Source: Dehalococcoidia bacterium (GTDB lineage Bacteria; Chloroflexota; Dehalococcoidia; Lucifugimonadales; Australimonadaceae). From it: DNA of 64,000 nucleotides. The DNA lies in contig OY764542.1 of the NCBI GenBank assembly GCA_963668465.1, forward strand, positions 1,377,702 through 1,441,701, given 5' to 3'. Positions 19,638 through 29,725 of this stretch are shown here, in pieces. Below the pieces are notes generated by a model. It worked only from the letters and a program-made list of their open reading frames with translations, was not told the DNA's origin and searched no databases. Positions within the stretch are counted from its first letter, which is position 1, and every line of letters starts with the position of its first letter. Both the position numbers and the translations under genes were made by a program.

Positions 19638-21067
19638 GCGTGCGGCCCATGCGTCAAAGACGCATCCGCTCCGCCTACGCAACCCGCGACCTGACGCAGG
19701 GCGGCGTACGGCGCAACCTCTGGTTCATCGCATGGCCGCAGATGGTCGCCGGCGTCTTCAATGCGTCCGACCAGCTGGCCGACATCTTCTGGGCCGCGAA
19801 GGTTGCCGGGTTCAACGCTATTGGCGGGATCGGCGTCGCGCAGGCGTACGGCCACCTCATCATGATGGCTCGGATGGGTCTGGACGTAGGGATGCAGGCC
19901 GTCATCGCCCGGGCGGTCGGCGCGCGGCGGATCGACCTCGCGAACCACGCCATGATGCAGGCGTTCACGCTCACGTTCCTTCTCTCGCTCGTGCTGACCA
20001 TCTTCGGGGTCCTGCTCGCCCCGCTCCTGCTCCGCATCGTGGGCGTGAGCGAGACGGTCGCAGACATAGCGGTCTTCTACCTGCAGTTCCAATTCGTCTC
20101 GTCGGGGATCCAGAGCTTCCGGCAGACGACGGGCGCTGCACTCCAGGCGTCCGGCGACACGTTCACGCACATGAAGTCCACGATAGCGTCGCGGGTGCTG
20201 CACCTCATCATCAGCCCCTTCCTCATCTTCGGTTGGTTCAGCGCGCCGGAGATGGGCATCGCCGGAGCGGCGGCAGCGAATGCCGCGGCACAGGTCGTGG
20301 GCGTTGTGTGGAACCTGTACGCGCTCAGCTCGGGCTCCTCACGGCTCAAGCTCTCGCTGCTCGACTACCGCGTGGACCTGCCGCTGATGTGGCGCATCAT
20401 CAAGATCGGCGCTCCCGCCACTGCGACCCAGATGGAGCGCGGCCTCTCCGAGATGGTGCTCATCAGGCTCGTCTCTCCCTTCGGGGACCTGCCGCTGGCG
20501 GCGTATTCGCTGACCCGCAGGCTGGAGCGGATGACGAACATCGGCAGCCAGGGGATGGGGCGGGCATCCGGCATCCTGGTTGCGCAGAACCTCGGCGCGG
20601 AGCAGCCGGCCCGCGCGCGGAGCACCGTCAAGTGGGCAGTGGGCTATGTGATGGTCATAAGGGGCGCTGCGGGCCTCCTGCTCATCGTCTTTCCGGAGTT
20701 CTTCGTCAGCCTGTTCAGCAGTGACCCGGAGTTCGTCGATACCGCCGTAGTCTGGCTGCGCATACAGGCCGTGGCGGGCACCCTGCTCGGCGGCGGGCAG
20801 GTGTTCCAACAATCGTTCAACGTGGCGGGCGACACCCTGGCGCCCATGCTCGTGACGTTCATGAGCATGTGGGTCATGGAGATCCCGATAGCGTTCGCGC
20901 TATCGAGGTGGACGTCTGCCGAAGCGCTGGGCATCGCCATCGCGATCGCCATCGCGATGCTCATCCGCTTCGCGCTCTACGGCGGCTACTACTTCACAGG
21001 CAGGTGGCTGCGCATCGGCATTCTTCCGCCGCCCTCCCCTGCCGAAGAGCCTGCGCGTTCGCCCTGA
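19634..21067 (+). CDS. MATE family efflux transporter
   Basis: 477 aa, 12-TM pattern; N-terminal LTQGGVRRNLWFIAWPQMVAGVFNASDQLADIFW typical of MATE; start TTG 19634 or ATG 19649. Confidence 0.88.
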   Translation: MSVRPMRQRRIRSAYATRDLTQGGVRRNLWFIAWPQMVAGVFNASDQLADIFWAAKVAGFNAIGGIGVAQAYGHLIMMARMGLDVGMQAVIARAVGARRIDLANHAMMQAFTLTFLLSLVLTIFGVLLAPLLLRIVGVSETVADIAVFYLQFQFVSSGIQSFRQTTGAALQASGDTFTHMKSTIASRVLHLIISPFLIFGWFSAPEMGIAGAAAANAAAQVVGVVWNLYALSSGSSRLKLSLLDYRVDLPLMWRIIKIGAPATATQMERGLSEMVLIRLVSPFGDLPLAAYSLTRRLERMTNIGSQGMGRASGILVAQNLGAEQPARARSTVKWAVGYVMVIRGAAGLLLIVFPEFFVSLFSSDPEFVDTAVVWLRIQAVAGTLLGGGQVFQQSFNVAGDTLAPMLVTFMSMWVMEIPIAFALSRWTSAEALGIAIAIAIAMLIRFALYGGYYFTGRWLRIGILPPPSPAEEPARSP

Positions 21068-21071
21068 CGCG

Positions 21072-21638
21072 TTAGCGGTTCAGCTCTATCGGCTGCGAGC
21101 ATTCACCAGTCGCTTCGTCTATGTGCTCCAGCCGCTGACCGCGGCCCTTCATCAGCACGAGTTCCACAGCGCCTTCCGCTTCCGCAGCCTGCCGGTGCAC
21201 GTTGAACGGCCCGTCGTACAGGTAGCCGAACTCTCCCGGAAGGATGTGGTGGTCCTGCACCAACTCCAGCGTCGCGAGCGGGCGCGAGCCGTCGTCGACG
21301 CGGCGCCATGACGTGTAGCGCTCGCTGCCCTCCAGCAGGCCGATCACGACCCAGCCCTCGTGGCTGTGGATGGCGGTCGGTGTGTTCGGCGGGTACTGCG
21401 CGAGCAGCAGGCGGAACAGGCCGTCCGGGTCGTCGTACAGTTTCTGTCCCGGCAGGCCGGAACTGATGGTGGCAGGCTCGCCGATGCTCCAGAAGTAGTC
21501 GCGGCTGTTCTCCCCACCGAAGCGTTGCAGCATATGGCCTAATTGGAGGATCGACTCCATGCCGGCTTCATTGGCGTCGAGCGACCGCCTGACATCATGG
21601 CCGAACTCTTCAACGGTGTAGCGGCTGACTATGCTCAC
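21072..21638 (-). CDS. Cupin-fold (cysteine-dioxygenase-type-I-like) metalloprotein
   Basis: TAIHSHEGWVVIGLLEGSERYTSW plus a later H in the beta-barrel region. Confidence 0.55.
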   Translation of the reverse strand: MSIVSRYTVEEFGHDVRRSLDANEAGMESILQLGHMLQRFGGENSRDYFWSIGEPATISSGLPGQKLYDDPDGLFRLLLAQYPPNTPTAIHSHEGWVVIGLLEGSERYTSWRRVDDGSRPLATLELVQDHHILPGEFGYLYDGPFNVHRQAAEAEGAVELVLMKGRGQRLEHIDEATGECSQPIELNR

Positions 21639-21869
21639 GAAGGCCTCCTCGTGCAGGTGGAGTCATGTCGAATAGACAATGAACGGAAGAATCCTACTAC
21701 TATCGTCCTACGGAGACGTGGGAGCCTCACTGATCATGAGACGATGTATCGGATGGCTTGCGTTTGTAGTCACTGGTTGTTGCATGCACTATAATCCGTC
21801 ATTGCGACGGCAAAATCCGCCGCTTGGCTCCTGGCACTGGAACGAAAAGAACCTTGGGAGGGTCATCTG

Positions 21870-23009
21870 ATGAAAGTGCGAATGCTACTGGTCATATCGG
21901 TTCTTGCCGTCGCCTTGACCGCGATGGTCGCCTGTGGCGACGACGGGGAATCGGAAAGGGTTACGGAACTCGAATCTGAAGTGGCTTCGCTTCAGTCCGA
22001 GATCTCCACGCTAGAGGGGCGACAGGCGGCGGAAGACACGCTGAGTGTCGTGCTCGAACGTGGCAACCTCGTCTGTGGCGTCAAGGCGGACACCCCCGGC
22101 TTCGGCGTCTTCAACGCAGATGGCACTGTGGACGGGAACGATGCGGACTACTGCCGCGCCGTCGCTGCCGCGGTCTTCGGCGACAGCAGCAAGGTTGAAT
22201 TCAAGGAGGCCACCTCGGCCAACCGGTTCGAGCTCCTTGCCGCCAGGGAGATCGACGTGCTCATCCGCACCACCACCTGGACGGCGAGCAGGGACGCGGA
22301 CCTGAATGTCGCCTTCGCCCCCACCACGTTCTACGACGGCGCGGGCATCATGGTGAAGGCCGACGCCGACCTTTCGAGCGTGGACCAGCTTGGCGGCGCG
22401 ACCGTCTGCATCCTGGACGGCACCAGCACCCAGGGCGCGGTCTCCGACTACTTCACCGAACAGGGTCTGCGCTACGAAGAGTTGACCTTCCAGCAGAACC
22501 CAGAACTGCGCGCCGCATTCATCAGCGGCCAGTGCGATGCCTGGTCTTCCGACAAGTCCCAGCTGGGCGGCCACCAGTTCACGCTCCAGACCGACGACGG
22601 CATCTCGGCTGTGGTGCTTCCCGAGACGCTCTCCAAGGAGCCGCTCGGCCCGAGCATCCGCGACTACGACTCTGAGTGGGAAGACCTCGTGCGCTGGATC
22701 GTCAACGGCATGATCATCGCTGAGGAGCAGGGCGTCACCTCCGGCAACGTCAGCCAGATGGCTGCCAACCCACCGAACAACACCGTCGCCCGCCTGCTCG
22801 GCGTTGGCTTCGACGGCGGCGCTCCGAGCAACCTCGGTATCGGCCACGGCAAGATCGAGGGCACGTTCATGCAGGACGTCATCGCCCAGGTCGGCAACTA
22901 CGGCGAGGCATACGACGCCACGCTTGAAAGGGTCGGACTCACACGTGCGGGCTCCCCGAACGCCTCCTACCTGGACGGCGGTCTCCTCTACGCCCCGCCG
23001 ATGCGCTAA
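21870..23009 (+). CDS. Amino-acid ABC transporter substrate-binding lipoprotein (AapJ-like)
   Basis: Signal peptide and lipobox LTAMVACGDDG; RBS gggagg upstream; SBP family-3 pattern; operon with two permeases and an ATPase. Confidence 0.85.
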   Translation: MKVRMLLVISVLAVALTAMVACGDDGESERVTELESEVASLQSEISTLEGRQAAEDTLSVVLERGNLVCGVKADTPGFGVFNADGTVDGNDADYCRAVAAAVFGDSSKVEFKEATSANRFELLAAREIDVLIRTTTWTASRDADLNVAFAPTTFYDGAGIMVKADADLSSVDQLGGATVCILDGTSTQGAVSDYFTEQGLRYEELTFQQNPELRAAFISGQCDAWSSDKSQLGGHQFTLQTDDGISAVVLPETLSKEPLGPSIRDYDSEWEDLVRWIVNGMIIAEEQGVTSGNVSQMAANPPNNTVARLLGVGFDGGAPSNLGIGHGKIEGTFMQDVIAQVGNYGEAYDATLERVGLTRAGSPNASYLDGGLLYAPPMR

Positions 23010-23031
23010 CCCCAACGCGCATAGACAAAAC

Positions 23032-23068
23032 GAGCGGGCAGGAATTGACGATTCCTGCCCGCTCTTGT
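23032..23068 (+). terminator. Intercistronic stem-loop / partial terminator after the SBP gene
   Basis: gagcgggcaggaat-tgacg-attcctgcccgctc (14-bp perfect stem) followed by ttgt. Confidence 0.6.
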
Positions 23069-23120
23069 CAAATAGCGCCGGTCACTGCGCCCGCAAGCGC
23101 GAGACCGGCTGGTTAAGACG

Positions 23121-24362
23121 ATGCAAGAACGCCTACCCGAAACCCGGCGCAGCAGCAGGCTCCCTGCCGTGCTCTCCAGGCCTTTGGCCGTCATCGCCGC
23201 CCTCGGCGCGGGCATCTGGTACCGGAACAGGTACCGCCACCTGGTGATCAACGTGGCGGTAGGCGGCTTCGGTGCAGCATTCGTCCTCTACATCGCCAGT
23301 TCCGTCTACGCCGCCAACTTCTTCGACTTCGATTTCCTCCTCGAACCCTACGGCAGCCCGGACCGGAGCTCCATCCTGCCCGGCCTGAACGTGGAAGCAG
23401 GAGACCCCCGCTGGCAAGCCATCCTCAAGGGCGCCGGGAACACGATCTCGGTCGTCGTCTTCGCCATCGCGGTCTCCACGTTCCTCGGCCTCGTCATCGG
23501 TGTAGCGCGCCTCACCCCGAACCCGCTCCTCAGCCGCGTTGCCAAGCTCTATGTCGAGCTCTTCCGAAACCTCCCGCTCCTGCTCATCATGTTCTTCTTC
23601 GCGTTCGCCATGTTCAGAGAGTTGCCCCTGATCCAGGATCGCGCAGGATGGAGCGGCGTGCTCTTCATCAGCAACCGCGGAGTGGCCGTGCCTTGGGTCG
23701 AAGCGGGCAATGGCCTATGGCCGTTCTGGTTGATAGCACTCGCCGCAGGCATAGCAGCAGCGGCAGTCATCCGGGGCCGGCGGATGAAGCTGGAGAACGA
23801 CACCGGGCAGAGCACGCACCCGAATACCTGGGCAACCGCAGCCTTCGGAGGCGTGGCAATCGTCAGCTACCTCGCGCTGCTGCTGCCTGTCCGTGTAACG
23901 CTCCCGGAGATTGTGCAGGCCGCGTCAGGTTTCTATTCCTATGAGGGCGGCAACGTGCTCAAGCTGGGCTACGTCAGCGCGCTGATCGCGCTCTCGCTCT
24001 ACTTCAGCGCCTTCATCGCGGAGATCGTCCGGGGTTCTATACAGGCCATATCTCGCGGACAGAGCGAAGCGGCGGCGGCGCTCGGCCTTTCCGCGTACCA
24101 GCAGCTCACCCTGATCATCCTGCCACAGGCGCTGCGCATCATGATCCCCGCTCTGAACAACGAGTACCAGAACGCGAACAAGGACTCGACACTGGCCCAC
24201 GCCATCGCCTACGGAGAGATAGTTCTCATTTCCAACCGCATCGTGAATAACGAGGGCAGCCTGCTCCAGACCTACTTCTTCATCTTCGTCGTGTTCGTGC
24301 TGACCAACCTGGTCATCTCGTTCATCATGAACACCATCAACCGGAACGTGCAGGTCAAATGA
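23121..24362 (+). CDS. Amino-acid ABC transporter permease (AapQ-like)
   Basis: 413 aa multi-TM; EAA-like loop SQSEAAAALGLSAYQ...ILPQALRIMIPAL. Confidence 0.88.
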   Translation: MQERLPETRRSSRLPAVLSRPLAVIAALGAGIWYRNRYRHLVINVAVGGFGAAFVLYIASSVYAANFFDFDFLLEPYGSPDRSSILPGLNVEAGDPRWQAILKGAGNTISVVVFAIAVSTFLGLVIGVARLTPNPLLSRVAKLYVELFRNLPLLLIMFFFAFAMFRELPLIQDRAGWSGVLFISNRGVAVPWVEAGNGLWPFWLIALAAGIAAAAVIRGRRMKLENDTGQSTHPNTWATAAFGGVAIVSYLALLLPVRVTLPEIVQAASGFYSYEGGNVLKLGYVSALIALSLYFSAFIAEIVRGSIQAISRGQSEAAAALGLSAYQQLTLIILPQALRIMIPALNNEYQNANKDSTLAHAIAYGEIVLISNRIVNNEGSLLQTYFFIFVVFVLTNLVISFIMNTINRNVQVK

Positions 24363-25708
24363 GCGCCGTCACCGCATCCCAGCCGCGGGTAGCGCAGCGC
24401 ATCGAATGGGCGAGGGCGAACCTCTTCAATTCGAGGCTCAACTCGCTCATCAGCGTCGTCACGATTGCCATCGGACTCCTCCTCGCCTTCCTGATCACGA
24501 AGTTCATCCTGTTCGATGCGAATTGGGCACTGGTCTCCCTCAACCGTAGGCTGTTCTTCGTCAGCGGCTATCCGGGCGAGGAGCTCTACCGGATATGGAT
24601 AGCCGTCTTCGCTGCCGCCATACTGGCCTCGGTCTCCTACGGTATCTGGGTTGGCAGGTTGCGGCCCTACCTCATCACCGTCGGCGTCATCGCCGTCGTT
24701 GTGCTCACGTTAGGCCTGGGGACAAACCTCTACATAGAGGAGACCCCGTTCACCCAGGAGATAACGTCCGGCGGCCAGACCTCCACCATCAGTGGCATAG
24801 ACCGCGAGTTGGTGTGGGAGCAGGGCTGGGCGCCTCGCTGGCTGTACGCCTTCTCCCTGGGGCTCGCGCTGCCGTTTGGAGGCTCCTGGCTCATCATGGC
24901 CGCGCTCCTGGTGACGCTGGTCCTGGGAGCGCTGCTCGGCAAGCACGTCCTGAGCCGGTGGAGAGGCAGCCCCGTGCTGCTGCAGTCCATCGGCGCCGGG
25001 TGGGTGCTGCTCGTACCCGCTGCAGTGCTGCTGCAACTCGGGGTCTCCATCAACAGCTGGGGAAGTGCGTTCCTGGACATCCTCATCTTCGCAGTGGGGG
25101 GCTTCTTCTCGTTCTTCATCGGCCTGGTGCTCGCACTGGGACGTATCTCTCCCTACCGGGCCATACGCTACGTGTCGGTTGGATACATTGAAATCGTCCG
25201 CGCCGCACCGCTCCTGGTCTGGCTCCTGTTCGCGACCTTCCTCAAGGACGAGCTGGGGCCACTGGGCGAAGCGTTCAGCAGCATCTCCCTGGTCTTCCGC
25301 GTGATGATCGTGTTCGCCTTCTTCGGCGGGGCCTACATCGCGGAGGTCATCCGGGGAGGCTTGCAGTCCATACCCCGTGGACAGTACGAGGCGTCGAATG
25401 CGCTCGCCCTGAATTCACTGCAGAAGTACGTATTCATCATCCTGCCGCAGGCGATCAAGGCCGTCATCCCCGCGATAATCGGCCGCTTCATCGCTCTATG
25501 GAAGGACACTGCCCTCCTCGCGGCGATATCCCTGATCAACACCCTCGAGCAAGCCAAGAAGATCCTCGCCGGCCAGACGGACATCGCAGACGGCGCGTTC
25601 TTCGAGATCTACATCGTGGTCGGCCTCATCTACTGGAGCGTTTCCTACATGCTGTCTCTTCTCGGTGGGGCCGCAGAGAAGAGGCTGAGCGCAGGCGAGA
25701 GGCGGTAA
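24359..25708 (+). CDS. Amino-acid ABC transporter permease (AapM-like)
   Basis: 449 aa multi-TM; GQYEASNALALNSLQKYVFIILPQAIK; 4-nt overlap with the upstream gene. Confidence 0.88.
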   Translation: MSAVTASQPRVAQRIEWARANLFNSRLNSLISVVTIAIGLLLAFLITKFILFDANWALVSLNRRLFFVSGYPGEELYRIWIAVFAAAILASVSYGIWVGRLRPYLITVGVIAVVVLTLGLGTNLYIEETPFTQEITSGGQTSTISGIDRELVWEQGWAPRWLYAFSLGLALPFGGSWLIMAALLVTLVLGALLGKHVLSRWRGSPVLLQSIGAGWVLLVPAAVLLQLGVSINSWGSAFLDILIFAVGGFFSFFIGLVLALGRISPYRAIRYVSVGYIEIVRAAPLLVWLLFATFLKDELGPLGEAFSSISLVFRVMIVFAFFGGAYIAEVIRGGLQSIPRGQYEASNALALNSLQKYVFIILPQAIKAVIPAIIGRFIALWKDTALLAAISLINTLEQAKKILAGQTDIADGAFFEIYIVVGLIYWSVSYMLSLLGGAAEKRLSAGERR

Positions 25709-26455
25709 ATGGATAAGCAAGACGCTGCCGAGATAGTGCAGATCGAGAAAGTGGTCAAGCGGTTTGGCGACTTCACTGCCCTCAAGAGTGTGGACCTGAC
25801 CGTGCGTGAGGGAGAAGTTGTCGTCATCATCGGGCCGTCCGGCTCCGGAAAGTCCACCCTGCTGCGGACCATAAACCAGCTGGAGAAGCACGATCAGGGA
25901 CGGATCGTCGTCGACGGCATCGAACTGACTGACGACGCGCGAAGCCTGCAGCGGATACGCGCCGAGATCGGCATGGTCTTCCAGCAGTTCAACCTGTTCC
26001 CGCACCTCACCGTCATGCGGAACATCACCATCGGCCCGCAGAAGGTTCGGCACTTGCCGAGGCAGGAGGCGGAAGAGCTCGCCCTGCAACTGCTCACGCG
26101 GGTGGACATCCCCGAACAGGCCGACAAGTACCCCGGCCAGCTCTCCGGCGGGCAGCAGCAACGTGTCGCCATCGCTCGTGCACTGGCCATGAACCCCCGA
26201 CTGATGATGTTCGACGAACCGACCTCCGCGCTTGATCCGGAGATGATTAACGAGGTGCTGAAGGCCATGATGGAACTCGCGGCCGACGGCATGACCATGA
26301 TTTGCGTCACGCACGAGATGGCCTTCGCGCGAAACGTGGCCGACCGCGTCATCTTCATGGATGAGGGCGAGATCGTAGAGATGAGTACCCCGGGGGAGTT
26401 CTTTACCAACCCCAAGGAAGAGCGTGCCAAGGCCTTCCTCGACCAGATCCTCTGA
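25709..26455 (+). CDS. Amino-acid ABC transporter ATP-binding protein
   Basis: [48 protein letters not shown]. Confidence 0.95.
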   Translation: MDKQDAAEIVQIEKVVKRFGDFTALKSVDLTVREGEVVVIIGPSGSGKSTLLRTINQLEKHDQGRIVVDGIELTDDARSLQRIRAEIGMVFQQFNLFPHLTVMRNITIGPQKVRHLPRQEAEELALQLLTRVDIPEQADKYPGQLSGGQQQRVAIARALAMNPRLMMFDEPTSALDPEMINEVLKAMMELAADGMTMICVTHEMAFARNVADRVIFMDEGEIVEMSTPGEFFTNPKEERAKAFLDQIL

Positions 26456-26458
26456 CGC

Positions 26459-27064
26459 TCACCCCAACGCCCGGCGCATGACGTGCCGCCGCTTCCCCGC
26501 GCGCGCCACTTCCGAGAACCCGTGCGCCTCGAAGACCGGAATGAACCCGCAGAAGCGGTAGCTCGGGCCGTCGGGCGGGACGGGGTACGCCTCGATAACC
26601 GACGCCCCATGCTCCCGAGCGTGCCGCGACGCCTCCTCGATGAGGCGCTCCATCAGCCCGCGATGCCTGAATGCGTTTCGCACGTAGAAGCACGTGAGCG
26701 ACCAGACGGTGCTCTCATTCTCTCCCGGCTCCTCCACGCCCCCGAGGCCAACGAACGTCTCGCGAGGCGCCACCGAGCACCACGCGGCAGGTTCGCCGTC
26801 CACGTATGCCAGCAGGCCCACGCGGCCTCCGCCCCCGATCCTCTGCCGCATCGCTTCCTTCATGTGGGCGCGGTCATGCGGCATCCTGCCGTCGGCGTCC
26901 CTGCGCCACATCCGGCACCAGCACCAGCGAGGCCCGCCGCGCGACTCGAACAGCTGCTCGAAATCAGGCCAGTGCGCGGCGTCCACCTCGCGCACTTCCA
27001 CTGCGTTCGGACTGCTGGTTGGGGGAGTCACCGTCATAAGATGGGGGATATACTCCTCTCTCAC
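26459..27064 (-). CDS. GNAT family N-acetyltransferase
   Basis: FYVRNAFRHRGLMERLIEEASRHAREHGASVIEAYP acetyl-CoA-binding-like motif. Confidence 0.75.
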   Translation of the reverse strand: MREEYIPHLMTVTPPTSSPNAVEVREVDAAHWPDFEQLFESRGGPRWCWCRMWRRDADGRMPHDRAHMKEAMRQRIGGGGRVGLLAYVDGEPAAWCSVAPRETFVGLGGVEEPGENESTVWSLTCFYVRNAFRHRGLMERLIEEASRHAREHGASVIEAYPVPPDGPSYRFCGFIPVFEAHGFSEVARAGKRRHVMRRALG

Positions 27065-27075
27065 GGAGGACGCAA

Positions 27076-28248
27076 ATGCTGAACGGACAGAGAGTCTTTG
27101 ACGCAGACACGCACATCCACCCCTCGGTGGAGGCGCTTGAGCCCTATTTCGACAGCGAGTTCAGGGAGCGCATTCCTGAACTCGAGCAGTACAAGATCGG
27201 CGCTCGCTCCGACCAGACGACCACGCCCCGCGAGGACCCGTCGCGCCACCACTACGCAGTGAGCCTCAGCCCCTACAGGAGGCACCTGGGCGACGCCGAG
27301 CCGCGCGAGGTCCCGAAGGATGCCCACTCGCGCCTGCACTTCGGCGAGTACACCGGCGAGAAACTCCCCGGCGTCGGCGTCATCGACGACTCGTTCGAGC
27401 AGCGCGTCGCCGACATGGACGAGGAGGGCACTGACGTGCACATGATGGTGCCGGACGTCGCCATCGGCGTATCGCTGCTCGGCGACCCTGCGCTGGAGAT
27501 GGGGCTGATCCGCGCCTACCACCGCCTCGTGAGCGATCTCGCCGCAGCACATCCGGGCCGGTTCAAGGCGCTCCTCGCCGTCTCCGGCACGGACGTAGAG
27601 GGCTCCGTCGCGGAGGTCGACCGCTGGGGGAAGGAGCGGTGGGCTGCCGGCGTTCTGCCGTTCGCGGGCGTTGGCGAGCCGATGGACCACCCGCGGATGG
27701 AGCCGATCTGGGCCTCCGTCGCCAACCGAGGACTCGGCGCGGTGCACCACAGCATGACGTGGGCGCCCCCCTACTTCCCCGGCTACAAGGACATGGACAA
27801 CAACCGCTTCCTCGCTCGCCTCTGCTCCCACCCATGGGGCGCGATGAAGACGATGGCCTCGTTCATCGGCGCAGGCATCATGGACCGCTACCCCATCAAC
27901 TTCGGGGTGCTGGAATCAGGCGTCGGCTGGCTGCCGTTCTGGGTGCGGCGCATGGACGTGAACGCCGCCTACGTGGGGTTCACAGCCGACCTGCAGCACA
28001 AGATGAGCCAGTACGTCGCGAACGGGCGCTTCTTCGCGAGCATCGAGATGACGGAAGAGGAGGACATGGTCCGCATGGTCATGGACTTCCTCGGCGAAGA
28101 CATCCTGATGTACGCGTCGGACTACCCGCATGCGGAGTGCCAGTTCCCCAACTCACCCTCCATCGTGCAGGCCTGGCCGAGCATCGGTCAGGACACCATG
28201 CGGAAGTTCATGTGGGACAACGCCGTCCGCTTCTTCGGTGAGCCCTAG
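27076..28248 (+). CDS. Amidohydrolase_2 (ACMSD-like metal-dependent hydrolase/decarboxylase) paralog 1
   Basis: VFDADTHIHP N-terminal metal motif; C-terminal ASDYPHAE. Confidence 0.85.
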   Translation: MLNGQRVFDADTHIHPSVEALEPYFDSEFRERIPELEQYKIGARSDQTTTPREDPSRHHYAVSLSPYRRHLGDAEPREVPKDAHSRLHFGEYTGEKLPGVGVIDDSFEQRVADMDEEGTDVHMMVPDVAIGVSLLGDPALEMGLIRAYHRLVSDLAAAHPGRFKALLAVSGTDVEGSVAEVDRWGKERWAAGVLPFAGVGEPMDHPRMEPIWASVANRGLGAVHHSMTWAPPYFPGYKDMDNNRFLARLCSHPWGAMKTMASFIGAGIMDRYPINFGVLESGVGWLPFWVRRMDVNAAYVGFTADLQHKMSQYVANGRFFASIEMTEEEDMVRMVMDFLGEDILMYASDYPHAECQFPNSPSIVQAWPSIGQDTMRKFMWDNAVRFFGEP

Positions 28249-29309
28249 TCGATGCCGTAGAGCGCGGCGGGGTTGGCGGTGAGCACCTTCTCCGCGAGGC
28301 TCGCAGGGATCTCCTCCCGCTCGCCCTTCTCCCGCAGGATGCTCAGCGCGTTGATCTCCGCTGACTGGTCGGCGTGGCCGTAGTCCGTCCCGATGACGAG
28401 GTTGTCGCTCCCCGTCCGTGACGCGATGTAGTTGAGGTCCTCGTGTGTCTGGCAGGCGACGTAGAACCGGCACTCGCGCAGCAGGTCTTCCTGCAGGTCA
28501 ACGTCCACCAGCCATGCCATGCGCTCCTTCCGCGCCGCCAGCTCCGCGAGGGCGAACGGCACCCAGGACGACATCGCCTCCACGAACCCGACACGCAGCC
28601 GCGGGAACTTCTCCGGGACGCGCTCCAGCACGAGCGAGACGAACGCATCTATCGGCGGCAGGCGATGCTGCCAGATGGGGTTCGTCATCCCCTCCGTCAC
28701 CTCGCCCGCGCCGATGTGGATGCACATCGCCATGTCCAACTCTTCCGCCTGCCGGTAGAGCGGGTAGAAGTAGGGATCGCCCGCCGAGCGCTGTCCCGCC
28801 TCGACGCCGCGCTTGATCGCTCCCGCCGCGCCGTTCTCCTTCGCCCACGCCATCTCTTCGACCGCGGCGTCGATGCTCAGCACGGGCATCGACGCGACCC
28901 ACCGGAGGCGTCCGTCCGACTCCGCACAGCGGCTGGCTATCCAGCGGTTGTAGGAGCGGCAGAGCGCCAACTCCACCTCCGGCTTCTCGCTCACGGCGCT
29001 CAGCATCGTCGTGGGGTAGAGCACCTGCACGTCGACGCCGAGCTCGTCCATATGGCGCAGGCGCGCGGGAACGTCTTTCAGTTCGCGGGTGGCCTCGGTC
29101 GTACCGGTACGCACATCGTCGCGCATCCGGCGCAGGCGCATGCGGCCGTCGATGTTCCAGTAGCGGAGGAAGTTCTTCGCTATGCCGGCCGTTGCCGCAT
29201 CCTCGACGGCGACCGCGGTGATGGGGCGCAGCTTGGCATGCTCCGGCTCGAGGAAGTCCCAGGTAGCGTCGGTTTCGTCGATGTGCGCGTCCGCGTCAAT
29301 GACCTTCAT
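28245..29309 (-). CDS. Amidohydrolase_2 paralog 2
   Basis: Start ATG 29309 (MKVIDADAHIDE); GTDYGHADQ near the C-terminus. Confidence 0.85.
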   Translation of the reverse strand: MKVIDADAHIDETDATWDFLEPEHAKLRPITAVAVEDAATAGIAKNFLRYWNIDGRMRLRRMRDDVRTGTTEATRELKDVPARLRHMDELGVDVQVLYPTTMLSAVSEKPEVELALCRSYNRWIASRCAESDGRLRWVASMPVLSIDAAVEEMAWAKENGAAGAIKRGVEAGQRSAGDPYFYPLYRQAEELDMAMCIHIGAGEVTEGMTNPIWQHRLPPIDAFVSLVLERVPEKFPRLRVGFVEAMSSWVPFALAELAARKERMAWLVDVDLQEDLLRECRFYVACQTHEDLNYIASRTGSDNLVIGTDYGHADQSAEINALSILREKGEREEIPASLAEKVLTANPAALYGID

Positions 29310-29351
29310 CGTGTTGCACCTCCCCTGCCCTGCGGACGATACCACGCCGCG

Positions 29352-29377
29352 CGCTCATAGTGAGCCTGTCGAGCCAC
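29352..29377 (-). repeat. REP-like element, family 2 (reverse orientation)
   Basis: The reverse complement of gctcatagtgagcctgtcgagccac is gtggctcgacaggctcactatgagc. Confidence 0.65.
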
Positions 29378-29426
29378 AGCGGGTGGAGGCCGCCGCGCTG
29401 CGCCGAAGAGGCTTCGGAAGGAATTG

Positions 29427-29446
29427 CTGCTCATTTCTGCTCACCG
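29427..29446. repeat. 20-nt perfect direct repeat, copy 1 (ctgctcatttctgctcaccg)
   Basis: Identical 20-mer at 29544-29563; degenerate copy actgctcattcgctgctc near 29501. Confidence 0.85.
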
Positions 29447-29543
29447 GCCTCGATTCACCTCTGAATCCGGCCTTCCGCGCGAGCAGCCCAACTGTCCATT
29501 ACTGCTCATTCGCTGCTCTTTCCTAGTCAATTCCTGCCCATTC

Positions 29544-29563
29544 CTGCTCATTTCTGCTCACCG
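29544..29563. repeat. 20-nt perfect direct repeat, copy 2
   Basis: Identical to 29427-29446. Confidence 0.85.
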
Positions 29564-29725
29564 CCTCTTAGCACGGTCGCGCACTGAATGCCCGGTTCGA
29601 CGGTCATGCAACCAGCGTACGCGGTAAGAGGCCGACCGCGAAAGGGGCGGGTGTCAGTGGCTGGGGGGCTACGTGACGTGCTCTATGGAATAGTCCATGC
29701 CAAGGGAGGGGCGCCGAGGCGCCAT

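Noticed and set aside
21640-21869. Candidate promoter (cactataat at about 21788-21796) and possible leader RNA upstream of the amino-acid ABC operon.
   Set aside because: There is no convincing -35 at proper spacing and no recognisable riboswitch fold by eye. It is left unannotated apart from the gggagg RBS.
29427-29563. Possible CRISPR array, because of identical 20-mers separated by about 100 bp.
   Set aside because: There are only two perfect copies. The repeat is too short and non-palindromic, the spacing and copy number are unlike CRISPR, and no cas genes are in the window.
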